Assembly (NCBI GenBank): GCA_951406725.2
Contig: OX597821.1
Location: forward strand, 21,080,001-21,144,000
Reading direction: 5' to 3'
Source of the DNA: Octopus vulgaris
Lineage: Eukaryota
Length of the DNA: 64,000 nt
Part shown: one piece after another, positions 38,390-51,293 of the stretch
How the letters are laid out: each line of letters starts with the position of its first letter
Numbering within the stretch: position 1 is the first letter of the stretch
Position numbers and translations under genes: made by a program
The notes under the pieces: generated by a model
Databases searched by the model: none
What the model was told of the DNA's origin: nothing
The model's input: only the letters and a program-made list of their open reading frames with translations

Positions 38390-38756
38390 TTATAAATTGA
38401 GATAGGGGTTGAAAATTCAACCCACCATGGGATAATATATATCCAATATACTGCTAGATAGGTACCCAACAAAATTAATAAATAGATGTTAAAAATTGTC
38501 AAACAATCAGTTCATCTATTGTATTATATGGGTAAAGGTAATAATATTACCGTAAATTAATACTACAAAATTAGAGAATGGAGAAACATACTTAAATCAG
38601 TAAAACATCAACTATCCGATGATACTCAATCCATACTTTAATACACCATTACATATGAGTAAGGGCAATATATAAAATGAAATGAGATATACAGTAATAG
38701 TAAAAAGATAAAGAGATATAAGTAAAAAATTTCAAATATAATATGCAAATAAATCA

Positions 38757-38872
38757 AAAACTGACAGCTGTTTCGGCAGTGAGGGCAGTCATACCTCATT
38801 TAACCTATAAGCCATAAAGGCAGGTATAAATGAGGCATTAACAAGGATGCCCCACGGCCTCTTCAGAGAATT
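38757..38872 (-). ncRNA. Hammerhead ribozyme with ~85-nt stem II (3' pLTR)
   Basis: CTGAAGA-GGCCGTGGGGCA..ATGCCTCATTTA..TAAATGAGGTAT..TGCCCTCACTGCC-GAAAC-AGCT-GTC; stem I weak. Confidence 0.8.
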
Positions 38873-39216
38873 AAATTAAATTTGTTATAATAGTGAAAAA
38901 TATTATATAATCATATACATATAAATATAAAAATATAAAAATGTAAAATATAAAAACTTATACATCATAATGCTACACTTATATAATATAATACACATTT
39001 GTACAAAAAAGGAAGGTAAACAGAACAAAATAAAACAAAATATATAACAGTGTATATATTAATATTAATAAGTACCGATATTATACATATTTGGCTAATA
39101 GTTTTTTTTATAAAAAAAAAAGGCTAACACATATGGAGATGAAAAATAATAATTAAAACCATGGTACAGTTCATAAAATTCTAAAGCTATAAAAGTTAAT
39201 AAAAATTACTATTAAT

Positions 39217-39316
<100 letters not shown>

Positions 39317-41016
39317 TAATAAAAATAGATACAGTTAAGTTAGCACCAAGTCCATCCTTTCAAGATCGAAATGACTATGAGTTAAGAAATGCTGACCACT
39401 AGGTAAAGAAAATTTAGATTAATTCGATTGGCTATTGGTTTGAAATTTAAATCACAAAAGAAAATTATACGGTTGGTTAGTCAGGGAACGCCAATATTCA
39501 CACACGCATCTACAGATCAATCGCACATACACACATAGTTATATGTATATACATACACTTATACACATACATAATCACAAGCAACAACTAGCACTTAGAT
39601 AAACAAAAAAGGGAAGCAACTATGCTACCATTTAGTCCTTCAAAATTATAACTGTGCCTCAATAACAAAAAAAGAACCATCCATGCATTCCATAAAATAT
39701 TTAATTTAGATATAAATATATTTTTAAATATCAGTATGTTACTAAGTCAGATAATTATTTCATGGGTAACTTAAAATTTATAACACCGGTTTGTTGCAGA
39801 GTAAACATACGGTTGTTAGATTTATCGTAAGTTTGTTATGATTTTAAGTACGCTAAATTATAAAATATAAAATATAAAATATATATTAATTTAAATATTA
39901 TAAATAAGTCACTTATTAACTTAATAAATATAGTGCCATAATATACCAGTTTAGGCATTAAAAAATAGAAGGGGAAGTACTAATGTAAACGCTTATGAGA
40001 ACATCACAGAAATTTTAAATAAATTTTATATTATAAAGACTTAAGATGAAAAGTGATAAAATAAATAAGAAGGAATAAATACGGTTATACACATAATTAT
40101 AAGTACAAACCAGTATATATGTATTCATATATTATTAAAATTAAATAAAAATATATGATAGATATGTATGTATAAAACTACCCCAGTATAAGTAAATAAG
40201 TAAAAAAATAAATAGGTAACAAATTAGATGACTTGATATGTATGTAAACATCTACACTTAAATAGGCAAATAAATAAATAAATAGAAGACTAGATGCAAA
40301 GATTGATAACATTACAATAAAATGGAAAATAAATAAAAAATAAATAAAGTGAATATATATGTTATATTGTTGAATGTAAATATGTATGGAAGGATAGTTT
40401 AAAGTACAGATCCAGAGGACTATAGATATAAACTAAATATATAAGGCTGGTAATAATTATAAAGCAAAATGCATGTAAATGAGAAAATGAAAAAAATGAA
40501 AAAGGTTTATCAGTGAATAGCATAAGATACAAATTAAGGTGAGTACAAAAAGACCAAATATACAATAAAAACCTTCCAAATAAACACATACAAAAAAACC
40601 TATAATCTTAACCTAAACCCACCAAACTCACAAAAGGCTCTCATATATTACATATTATACAATATCATTACATTATCCAGAGCTAGGTATCTAACCAAGA
40701 TATATATACATACTATGCAATATACTATGCAATATTAGAAAACTTCAAAAATCACACATTACAAGGCAAATACCAAAATGAATATGTTATTTTATGTCAT
40801 ATTGCATTTCTCTTAAAAAAACAAACAAAAACCCACATACAAAAAACAAGAAACCAATAATACTAGACACATCCATTAATTATTATACAAATGTAGCTAT
40901 AAAAATTATAAAATTATAAAATTTATAAATTGTATACTTTAGAATTATAGAAGACCACAGGTATATTTAGTTAAAGAAGGGAATTAAAAAATTAATAATA
41001 GTGGAAGTGCTAAGTT

Positions 41017-43859
41017 CTATTTGAATCTAGAAAAGGTGAACGGTAGCCTATGAATACAAAAGAAGTTTTTTTCATTAATGTTGTTAATAATTTGCCGACC
41101 CGCTTTAATAATGAAGAAAATTTCATTAATACATAGAGAGCATTTTTTATTTTTTCCATTATACACAGGTGCTGAAGTTAGTATTTTCCAGTTTAATCTA
41201 AAATCTAAGTTCTTACTTTTAAGTTCCCAAATGTATGCACTTAGCCCTGTAGAGTACATTCTATTTTTATTCCTAAAAGTATATCTGTGATAATTCCATC
41301 TTTGTTTTATGCTATTCATAGTTGCCCCGATATACACCCTACTACTCAATTGTGTATCTACAGTGCATTGGTAAACTACCTCCTTCCTGAGGCATTGATT
41401 ACCAAATACACATTTATTTTTATTTCTGCAATTACAAAGATTAACAGAATGAGGAAATCTAAGATTGGACACCACCCCTATACTACTATTCACATTATAA
41501 GTGTTACAATTGTTATCATCATCCAAACCCAAAATCAACGAATGAGTTAATTTCACATTATCGGCTATATTCCTATCACTAGTACTAGTAATGGTAGTAG
41601 TAGTATGATCTATTACATTTATATTATCTCTGACAGGTACGGTGCACTCATTATTAGTAAGGAGGTTGTTCCCATTCGTTCCAAGAAAGTTTCTATTCCT
41701 ATTATTAATGAAGAGGGGCAAGTTTTCCTGGTCTAAATTCAATTTTCTATCCTTATAGAAGTGATCCAGTTTCTTGTTATTAAAAGAGGAGATAATGGTG
41801 GCTAGATTATGAGTAATGCTATATCCCACTCTAACAGTACCGTTGTTAATTAAAGGACTAAATTTATTCTTATCCTTACCAAAATGCCTAAAAATAACAT
41901 TATGCAAAGCTCTCACTATGTTTGTTTTAATCTGCATTGCATATGGGATAATCAACCAAAGAATATCCTTATCAGAATTAGGATTGCCTATAGAATTAAT
42001 GTTATTTGGAAAAATCCTATTCGTAGACCAACTCATAGGATTACTATTCTTACCACTGTCATTGTTATATCTATCTATATCAATATTACCATGGTTATTG
42101 CGCAAGTAAACTTTACCATTATCATGTCTACCATAAGTTTTAATTCGTATATTATTATTAATATTACTACTATTACCCGTATGTTTAGATCTATTTGAGC
42201 TACCGTTCACCTTTCCAAGGTTAACATCACTTCTACATTTATTATAGGTGTTATCATATATTCTATTTTTACTATTCTTATGTATATTGTTGATTATCCT
42301 AAATCTATTTGTGTTGTTCCTGATAGTTCTACCTCCATTAGGAGGGTTCCCCTTAGGTATAAACCAAATCTTACTTTTATATCCTGCCTTAAGCAATGCT
42401 GCATTGTATCTATCACAGTGTTTGTTAAAAATTTCCTCGTTTGAGGATAAACTAGAAATTCTCTGACTAATGCTACGCACTAGTGCATTTTTAATTTGAG
42501 GGGGTGATTACTTGAACGGTTAATGTATATTAGGTTAGAATTAGGTTTAATATAGGGTTCATGTAAACCATTAGTAATGTTACAATTAACATCTAAATAA
42601 TTAGCAGAATAATTTTCACTTTCAATGATAATGGATAGGCCGAAACTTTTAAAAAATTTATTTATTCTTTTTTTCAGAAGATCTAATCTCCTATTTGATG
42701 TATTCCTAGCACAAAATAAGGCGTCATCCCTGTATAATCCACCTTTTAATTCAGGGAATTCCCTACTAAAGTTATCTAATAGATACATCCCAACTAGATC
42801 AGTCACCTCCGCTGAGTCCGGCGATCCCATTGTGATATCGAACAAGTTGGGTGTGTCCTTTCTAGCCCAAAGTTTATTATCAAACTCTATTAAAGTTTTC
42901 CTGGCTGTTAGTATAACCTTAATCTCCCCCATACTTAATTTAGTGTGTTTTCTAGCAAAAATTAAGGACTTATTTAATATAATAGGGTTAATGGAAGTGT
43001 AATAATTCTGTATATCGAATTGTATAAATTTATTTCTATTATAGCTAAAGTTGTTACTGTCACAGACCTTAATGGCAGAAAACCAATCCAAAGCACCCTG
43101 AGTATTCTTCCAAAGGTTTAGTTTGATTTTATTGCGGATGGTGGGTAGATATTTATCTAGAATGAGTTTACTTAGTCTGCCTAAGTCAGATTTAGTGGGG
43201 CAAATTAATCTGACCTGTGTGTTTCCAAGAAAATTCTCTTTATGATCCTTTAGTGTAATTCTCGGTCTAGATGGGGTGTAGGGTTCCGTTTTTTCTTCTA
43301 GGTAGTAGTCAAATATGATTTCTCTGATCTCCAGGTTCAGTTTTCTAAGTGTACTAGAAGGTACTACTTTGTATTTCTTGGTTATTTCCTTGTGTAGAAG
43401 ATCATGATATGCAGTAATGTCAATGTTGTAGATGTTGCTGGTTTTGTCAGAATGTGTTAGAATGCCGCTCTTACCTTTGAGAGTTCTAATTAAGTCTTTC
43501 AATTCTCTTTGGTGCGGGTTATATCTTAAAGGATGATTTCTAAATTTTATGTTTTTTATAGTCTCCCATAGTTCTTGTTCAAAATTGTCTAGATGTATAT
43601 TTGGTGGAGGAGACTTCCTAGATTTAAATGTAGTGCCTGTTAGTTTTAATATTTCTTCATAGGTACTTCCAATTCCATTACGGATCGTTTCCCCAGTGTG
43701 TTGTTGGTTTATTTTATTATTATAGTTCTCATGGTGGAAAATCCTCCATCTGATCCTGTGGATGAATTCATTAATTCTATAAATTAGTTCTTTAGTGTAA
43801 TGGTCTTTGGTAGGGATAGGTACATCCTTCATTGATGAATTGATCAGTATTTTCTCCAT
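41017..43859 (-). CDS. Naiad-type PLE polyprotein (RT + Cys-rich linker + GIY-YIG endonuclease), one frameshift near 42500
   Basis: MEKILINSSMKDVPIP, HSDKT, ITLKDHK, RLICPTKS, FDIQNYYTSI, FDITMGS, LYRDD, NYLDV; CNCRNKNKCVFGNQC, VVYQC..VYIG, CSLC..CIH; one added base in the C5 run restores SNHP[P]QIKNALVRSISQRIS. Confidence 0.9.
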
Positions 43860-44366
43860 TCTTCTAGCAGTAATGATCAAAGGAACAAATATACTACACT
43901 AGGGTGTATTCACATGCACTATTAATATTTAAATCAATAAATGGATGCTTATATTACACCAGTATGAGCAATTCAGGTTCCTCAAAAGATAAATTTAGGT
44001 TATAAATTGAGATAGGGGTTGAAAATTCAACCCACCATGGGATAATATATATCCAATATACTGCTAGATAGGTACCCAACAAAATTAATACATAGATGTT
44101 AAAAATTGTCAAACAATCAGTTCATCTATTGTATTATATGGGTAAAGGTAATAATATTACCGTAAATTAATACTACAAAATTAGAGAATGGAGAAACATA
44201 CTTAAATCAGTAAAACATCAACTATCCGATGATACTCAATCCATACTTTAATACACCATTACATATGAGTAAAGGCAATATATAAAATGAAATGAGATAT
44301 ACAGTAATAGTAAAAAGATAAAGAGATATAAGTAAAAAATTTCAAATATAATATGCAAATAAATCA

Positions 44367-44482
44367 AAAACTGACAGCTGTTTCGGCAGTGAGGGCAGTC
44401 ATACCTCATTTAACCTATAAGCCATAAAGGCAGGTATAAATGAGGCATTAACAAGGATGCCCCACGGCCTCTTCAGAGAATT
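44367..44482 (-). ncRNA. Hammerhead ribozyme with extended stem II (5' pLTR)
   Basis: Identical to 38757-38872. Confidence 0.8.
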
Positions 44483-44583
44483 AAATTAAATTTGTTATAA
44501 TAGTGAAAAATATTATATAATCATATACATATAAATATAAAAATATAAAAATGTAAAATATAAAATATAAAATATATATATAT

Positions 44584-44629
<46 letters not shown>

Positions 44630-44672
44630 GAGAGAGAGAGAGAGACAGAGACAGACAGACAGACAGACAGAC

Positions 44673-44706
<34 letters not shown>

Positions 44707-44739
44707 ATAAATATATATATGTGTGTTTGTGTATAAATT

Positions 44740-45506
44740 TTCAGAATGAGATAATAATCCAAAGCTTGCGAAAGATTTTAGAACATTTATATGAAAAAGG
44801 TCTTACAGATGTTTCCGGAATATTTTATATATCCCTTCATCGGAGACGATGTGAAAAATGGTAAGCAATATTTAGTAAGCAATATAAGATATGAAATTGT
44901 TAGTGAAGTGGTCAGTCAAGATAAAAATTGATAGTAGGAATAGAGAGGTGAGGGTGATAGAGAGAGAAAGATACGAGAGTGTAAAAAGATGATATGGTAA
45001 AGAGTGTAGGAGTGCCAGATAGAAGGAATGGGGAGGTGATAGGTGATAGAGAGAGAGAGAGCGGTATGAGAGTGTAAAGAGTAAATGAGTGTCAGGTATG
45101 TAGTTATAGAGCCTAAGTGAGGGGTAGAGAGGGGTAGTAAAATAGTGGAATGAAAAATTTTGGAATATAGGTTAGGTTGCTTAGAGGACAGGTAGTTGAA
45201 GTAGTTGAAGGGAATATATATATGAAGATGTATACAAATGCATATATTTTACATGTATATAGATATTTATACATATCTATACCTACACATACAGCACGTA
45301 CTCATATGTATATGTACATACGTACACTCATATAAACGTTAAGCACTGACCTGTATTCTAACCAACCTAACCTATACTCCCAGATTCTTCTTTCCACTAT
45401 TTTACTACCCCTTTCTACCCCCACTTAGGCTATATCACTACATACCTGACACTCCTTTACTCTTTACACCCTCATACCTATCTCAACATTAAGTTGACAG
45501 TATATA

Positions 45507-45510
<4 letters not shown>
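44740..45510 (-). mobile_element. Penelope-like 3' remnant with hammerhead motif and internal inversion
   Basis: Motif GTCT-CCGATGA..GAAAC-ATCT-GTA-AGAC at 44800-44847; inverted arms ~45060-45195 / 45345-45485. Confidence 0.65.
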
Positions 45511-45574
<64 letters not shown>

Positions 45575-45577
<3 letters not shown>

Positions 45578-46020
45578 ATTCTATAATTATTACTATAATT
45601 ATAATCAGGGTTCAGCAAAATGTGCTTCACCACATACCGAAATGTAGAAATAACAGTTAAACTACTATTTGACTACCATAAGATATCTCCCAGACAGCAG
45701 TACGCAACAACTCACGCAAGTAAAGAGAAATAGATAACGAATCCACCCGGCTATGATTAACTGTGTACGCGTTTCGGAGTTAGAGAGATGTGAAAAATGT
45801 AAAATCATATTTCTACTCACTCATTCTCCTCATTAGTACAGTAATTCAAAATTTTAAATTTGAGAGCACAGAAAATTAACATACGCAATTTGACCAATTA
45901 TGCTCATAATTATAGAATTTTTGTATAAGTTTACCGATAATGGTTCTTTTAGCATACCGAAATAATTGATAAAGTTATTAATTATTAATTAATTAATTTT
46001 ACCCTTTATTGTTATTGATA
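45575..46020 (-). mobile_element. Non-coding hammerhead-bearing element in (TA)n
   Basis: ACTGTA-CTAATGA-GGAG...CTCC-GAAAC-GC-GTA-CACAGT at 45760-45842; short inverted arm AATTCTATAATTAT (45577) / ATAATTATAGAATT (45906). Confidence 0.65.
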
Positions 46021-46021
46021 G

Positions 46022-46072
<51 letters not shown>

Positions 46073-46615
46073 GCATGTATTATGCATGCATGCACGCATG
46101 TGTGTATGTATGTATAAATGATCACATACGAAGGCCCGGAAGTAGTATGCTAATCTCTTATTATAAAAGGCAGATTTTATCTGCCTCCCTTTGTCTCTTA
46201 TAGAAATCTACAATATAGGATTTCTTCAATTACAATTTACCTAGCATTTTTAAGAGTAGAATGCATCGGGTCGTGCCAGGTTCAGTTTTTAAAATTTCAA
46301 CCCCAATTAAACAAAATTTAGAGAAAACTCACATTGTGGTGTATAAGTAAAATGCTTTTCTTAGTGTGGGCTACAGCACACGCACACACACAGTGTGCAA
46401 CGATTAAAGTGAAAGTAATTCACTTTTTGTAGTGAGTGACTCTTTCACTCTGCATTCCCACTTCCTCTTTACACACATAGACACGCAAATATATAAATAA
46501 AATTGTAAGCTAACCTGTGTGTGTGTTTGTGCGTGTGTGTGAGTGTGTGTGTGTGTGTGTGAGGGTGCGTGTGTGTGCGTGTGTGTGCGTGTGCGTGAGT
46601 GTGTGACAGGAAAGC

Positions 46616-47119
46616 TTTTTAGGACGAATATAAGACCTAAAGTATATCCAAGTAGCAGAAAGATCGCCCAAAAGTGTATATAGATATTTAAATGTATTTA
46701 TATATTCATCTATACACAGATGTATGTATAATGTGTGTGTATATATTTCCATAGACGTAACCTTTCACTCCATACAAAGTTTTTTAGGACGAATATAAGA
46801 TCTAAAGTATATACAAGTAGCAGAAAGATCGCCCAAAAGTGTATATAGATATTTAAATGTATTTATATATTCATCTATACACAGATGTATGTATAATGTG
46901 TGTATATATTTCCATAGACGTAACCATTCACTCCGCACAAAGTTTTTTAGGAGGAAAATAAGATCTAAAGTTATCTCTAAGTAGCACAAAGATCGCCCAA
47001 AAGTGTATATAGATATATAAATGTATTTATATATTCATCTATGCACACATGTATGTATAACGTGCGTGTATATATTTCCATAGAGGTAACCATTCAATCC
47101 ATACAAAGTTTTTTAGGTC
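46616..47119. repeat. Three tandem ~164-bp units inside the Helitron
   Basis: TTTTTAGGA...AAAGATCGCCCAAAAGTGTATATAG... starting near 46616, 46781 and 46944. Confidence 0.9.
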
Positions 47120-47373
47120 GAAAATATTTATATATAAAAGAAAGGTTGTGTGTCTGTCTACTCCGATTTAGATTCCTAACTACTCCCACATTTTGCGATG
47201 CAGTTTAACCAAAACCGGGTATCTTATAGTCGTGATTCATATCGAGCCCTTCTCGGTATTAGCGCGCGTCTACGATGAGTCTATGATTTTACAAATAATT
47301 TACCATCATTTTTTTCCATTTTAATGCATATTTTTTTTAATAAAGGGAAGTAACTCTCAAACTTCACACCAAT

Positions 47374-47895
47374 ATGCGTGCTCATATGCGACATAATATC
47401 ACATCAGCAGCATTTCCTCACACCCTCCTTGCACTTGGCGAAGCCAAAATACCAGGGGATGAAAATGGTAATATTGCCATCGATTCCATTTGTACCATTG
47501 TTAAGACGCCTTCTGATCTCAGAGATGCAGTGTTCCCAGATCTACAAGCTAATTATCAGAATATGGATTGGATTGGCAAAAAGGCTATACTGGCCCCGAG
47601 GAATAAAACTGTTCACCATATTAATGATGAAATGCTAAAACTCATTCCTGGGGAAATCTATGTATATCAGTCTATCGATACAACTCCTGACCCAGAGGAC
47701 GTCATTAACTATCCAATAGAGGTACTCAATTACTTTGAGCACCCCGGACTACCACCACACTTTCTCAAACTTAAAGTTGGTGCCCCTATAATGCTCATCA
47801 GAAATTTGGTTCCCCCAAAACAATGCAATGGCACACGTTTGATCGTTAAGTCCTTATCTCCCACCGTAAACTTATATCAATATTTGCCTGAATAA
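47374..47895 (+). pseudogene. Helitron Pif1-family helicase fragment
   Basis: AILAPRNKTV..IN, YQSID, PGLPPHFLKLKVGAPIMLIRNL..CNGTRLIV. Confidence 0.9.
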
Positions 47896-48169
47896 TCATC
47901 ATAATTCAGTGCAATCATTAACAGTACTTTCAAGCAATTCAGCCCCGAGCAACGCCGGGCAATTCTGCTAGTGAGATATAAAGCCTTTATTCTATACTTG
48001 AAGGGAAAGTGATAGGAGAAACGGGAACAAACTCATTGGTTATTAAAGTGACGTCCGCCGTGGGATTTGGATTTTGTACGTAATCCTGAAGAAGTAAGTG
48101 AACTTAATGTCAGTTTATTAGGCGTTATAGCTACACTTGTATGCAGTGTAAATGGAACATTCTGTACAT

Positions 48170-48269
48170 AAGTCGGCAGTGGTAAGAAGCTTGCTTCCCA
48201 ACCATAGGGTTCTGGGTTCTGTCTCACTGTAGACGGAAACTGAAAGAAACCCGTGTCTGTGTGTGTGTG

Positions 48270-48315
<46 letters not shown>

Positions 48316-48522
48316 TGTGAGTATTTGTGTCTCTGTGTTTGTCCCTCTAACATGGCTTGACATTTGATATTGGTGTTTTTGTCCCCGTGACTTTGTGGGT
48401 CAGCAAATGAATCCGATAGAATAGGTATTAGTTTTAAAAGGAATAAGTCCTGCGGTCCATTTGTTCGACTAAAGGCAGTACTCTAGCACTGCCGCAGTCA
48501 ATGACTGAAACAAGTAAAATAA

Positions 48523-48527
<5 letters not shown>
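48170..48527 (+). mobile_element. SINE family C, degenerate
   Basis: GTGGTAAGAAGCTTGCTTCCCAACCA head, GACGGAAACTGAAAGAA core, ATGACTGAAACAAG tail. Confidence 0.75.
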
Positions 48528-48606
<79 letters not shown>

Positions 48607-49344
48607 TACATATATATAAATATACATATACATATAACCATATAACATATATACATAAATATATGTGTATGTGTGTGTGTGTGCATAAAAAGAAATTTTA
48701 TATCATATCTCGACGTCGATTTCTCCAGCGATCAACCGTTTTATCTCCTGTCTCGTGTATCTCCCTGCATATCAAAACTATGCTATTTTCGTTTATGTTC
48801 GTCTCCCTATAAACATACACATACGTTTCTCTTTGCATCTATTAGTATTTGCCTCGCGTTCACAATATCTACATACCTGTTTTTTCTACATTATTATTGA
48901 TCTTACTCCATCTTAAGGACATTATAAGCCATAAAATATATCCATTTATCTACTTAGATGTGTCGTCTGCTGAAAAATGGCCACTGATACATATATTTTG
49001 AGATGAAAGCGTTTATTGTCTTAAAACAATATCCTCTAAGTCTTAATGAGATACTAGCTCAGTATTTTTTCAGTTTATCTATCTCGCTGCTTATTTTTTC
49101 TGCCTCCTTCCTACATCAAAAATAGCGTTTGGAAAACCTGTTCCGCGTATATATACGCACATATTTACAAACAAGCACAAACACATTCCATGTATACATG
49201 CATCAGAATGTTAGTGTATATATATACATACAAGTGTGGGTGTATGTGTAACGGATATATATACATATATATAGTCATCTATATGCATACATAATAAGAT
49301 ACAGAGAGATGCATGAATGAATGTATGAATGAATGTATGTATGT

Positions 49345-49396
<52 letters not shown>

Positions 49397-49831
49397 GCTT
49401 CATCACGGATTTAGGAGGAACGTATCTAAGTAACAGACCCAAGTCAGGAGAAAACTACATATATACACAGCGAGTAATAAAGCAAAACAATTGCTTTTAG
49501 GTATGGAGTGAGACATAATATGAAAAATGCTGGAATGTGGATGAAAGATGCTGGAATGCGGTTCCTTCCATAGTGGAGGGAAATATGCTTTGTGCGGTGT
49601 AGTTTTAAAGTAAAGGTATATTGCTTCGTCGCATTATAACAGCTCAGCACTGCTGAAGCTAACCACACGCATATGAATGTGCGTGTGAGGGCATGCATAT
49701 GTGTGTATGTGTATATTTATTGATATAGGTACGTGTGAATAAAGATATGTACACACACATAAACATACATATATGTATATATATGCATACGTGTATGCAT
49801 ATATGAATATATGAATATATATATATAATAG

Positions 49832-49882
<51 letters not shown>

Positions 49883-49886
<4 letters not shown>

Positions 49887-50528
49887 TAAGGATAACTTCT
49901 TAATAAGGAATCTTAACAAGAAATTATCAGGTAGATAACGTGAAAAACCTCATAAGAGAAAAATTTCGAAAATAATTCTTTCTTATTGAACATATTAATT
50001 TATATATAGAGGGCATTTATCTGTAATAATGCCCTCTATATATAAATTAATATGTTCAATAAGAAAGAATTATTTTCGAAATTTTTCTCTTATGAGGTTT
50101 TTCACGCTATCTACCTGATAATTTCTTGTTAAGATTCCTTATTAAGAAGTTATCCTTAATTGTTAAATAATTTTATTCCGAAAAAACTTTTCCTAACCGA
50201 AATGCAATTCGAAGAAGCCTGCCATTTACCGGATGTATTATATGTAAACTTCCCCATGTGCGTCGTTGGGGTTGAACAGATAGCTGTTCGGCTTTGACGG
50301 TACAGGTTCGTTTATTTATGATATGTTCAGAATCAGTCTTGCTGAGTACGGTCGAATCTTCGATAAGTACGAAATCACAGGGGATACAAGACTAAATTCA
50401 TTTTTTTAAATGTCTTGCTTCGGAAAAATTGCATTGGATATGATTAGTAAAACATTTTTTGGTAGAAATGACTAATGTCCCTCTTAGCGTGTGGCATGTA
50501 TGTGTAATAATGCCCTCTATATATAAAT
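49883..50528 (+). mobile_element. Retrozyme-like element: palindrome plus hammerhead-bearing unit in (TA)n
   Basis: ~135-bp near-perfect arms 49883-50017 / 50030-50163; terminal direct repeat TGTAATAATGCCCTCTATATATAAAT at ~50022 and ~50503; hammerhead remnant at 50335-50393. Confidence 0.7.
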
Positions 50529-50604
50529 ATATATAATATATATATACATACAGATAAAACTTACTGGGAAGGGGATACGTGGCGTTCAATCAAATAATAA
50601 TATA

Positions 50605-50681
<77 letters not shown>

Positions 50682-50710
50682 AATATACAAACGTATATGT
50701 ACATACTTAC

Positions 50711-50904
50711 ATTTGTATGTGGTTCCAACGTGATCATCGGCCATATTTCCTTTTTTTCTCCGTTGTAGGTGAACAAGGAAGACGTGTTCCTGGTTGTCTC
50801 CTGTCCTAGCTTGATTTGGGCGTTCGCCACCACAATCTCTTTTAGGTTTAGCAGACCATCCTGATTGTTTTCACTGTCCTGTTTGTGTTACCTGTTTTGA
50901 CCCT
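50711..50904 (-). other. Candidate host exon
   Basis: Acceptor TTTTCGGATTTTGCAG| and donor |GTAAGT bracket a 194-nt non-repetitive segment; contains AATATGG ([11 protein letters not shown]). Confidence 0.5.
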
Positions 50905-51194
50905 CTGCAAAATCCGAAAATGTATTTAATATGCTTTGCGGGAGCAACTCTTTTATCGAAAGTTTATATTGTTGTTAAATACTCGAAATAAGAGAATAGG
51001 AAAACAGCCTGCAATTGATGAAGGGTCATTCGTTATATGTTTGTCTTTCGTTGTTCGAAAGAATAGTTCATGTTCCATGTACCCGTGCTTCGTACTTTTT
51101 TGTTGTACACGTTTCCCGAAGTCCTGTGCCCACAAATGCGTATATACATATATGCGTACAAATGTGAGCACATACATATATATAGATGCATATG

Positions 51195-51293
<99 letters not shown>

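Larger units (their letters stand above)
46154..47971 (+). mobile_element. Helitron deletion derivative
   Basis: A|TC start; CCCGAGCAACGCCGGG hairpin and CTAG|T end; Pif1 helicase fragment; probable second Helitron head near 47125. Confidence 0.85.

Noticed and set aside
41017-43859. Selenoprotein-type Naiad (in-frame UGA plus SECIS), as reported for some Naiads
   Set aside because: No in-frame UGA; the ORF break is a homopolymer frameshift leading to TAG.
46616-47119. CRISPR-like regular repeats
   Set aside because: Whole units repeat with no unique spacers; eukaryotic Helitron context.
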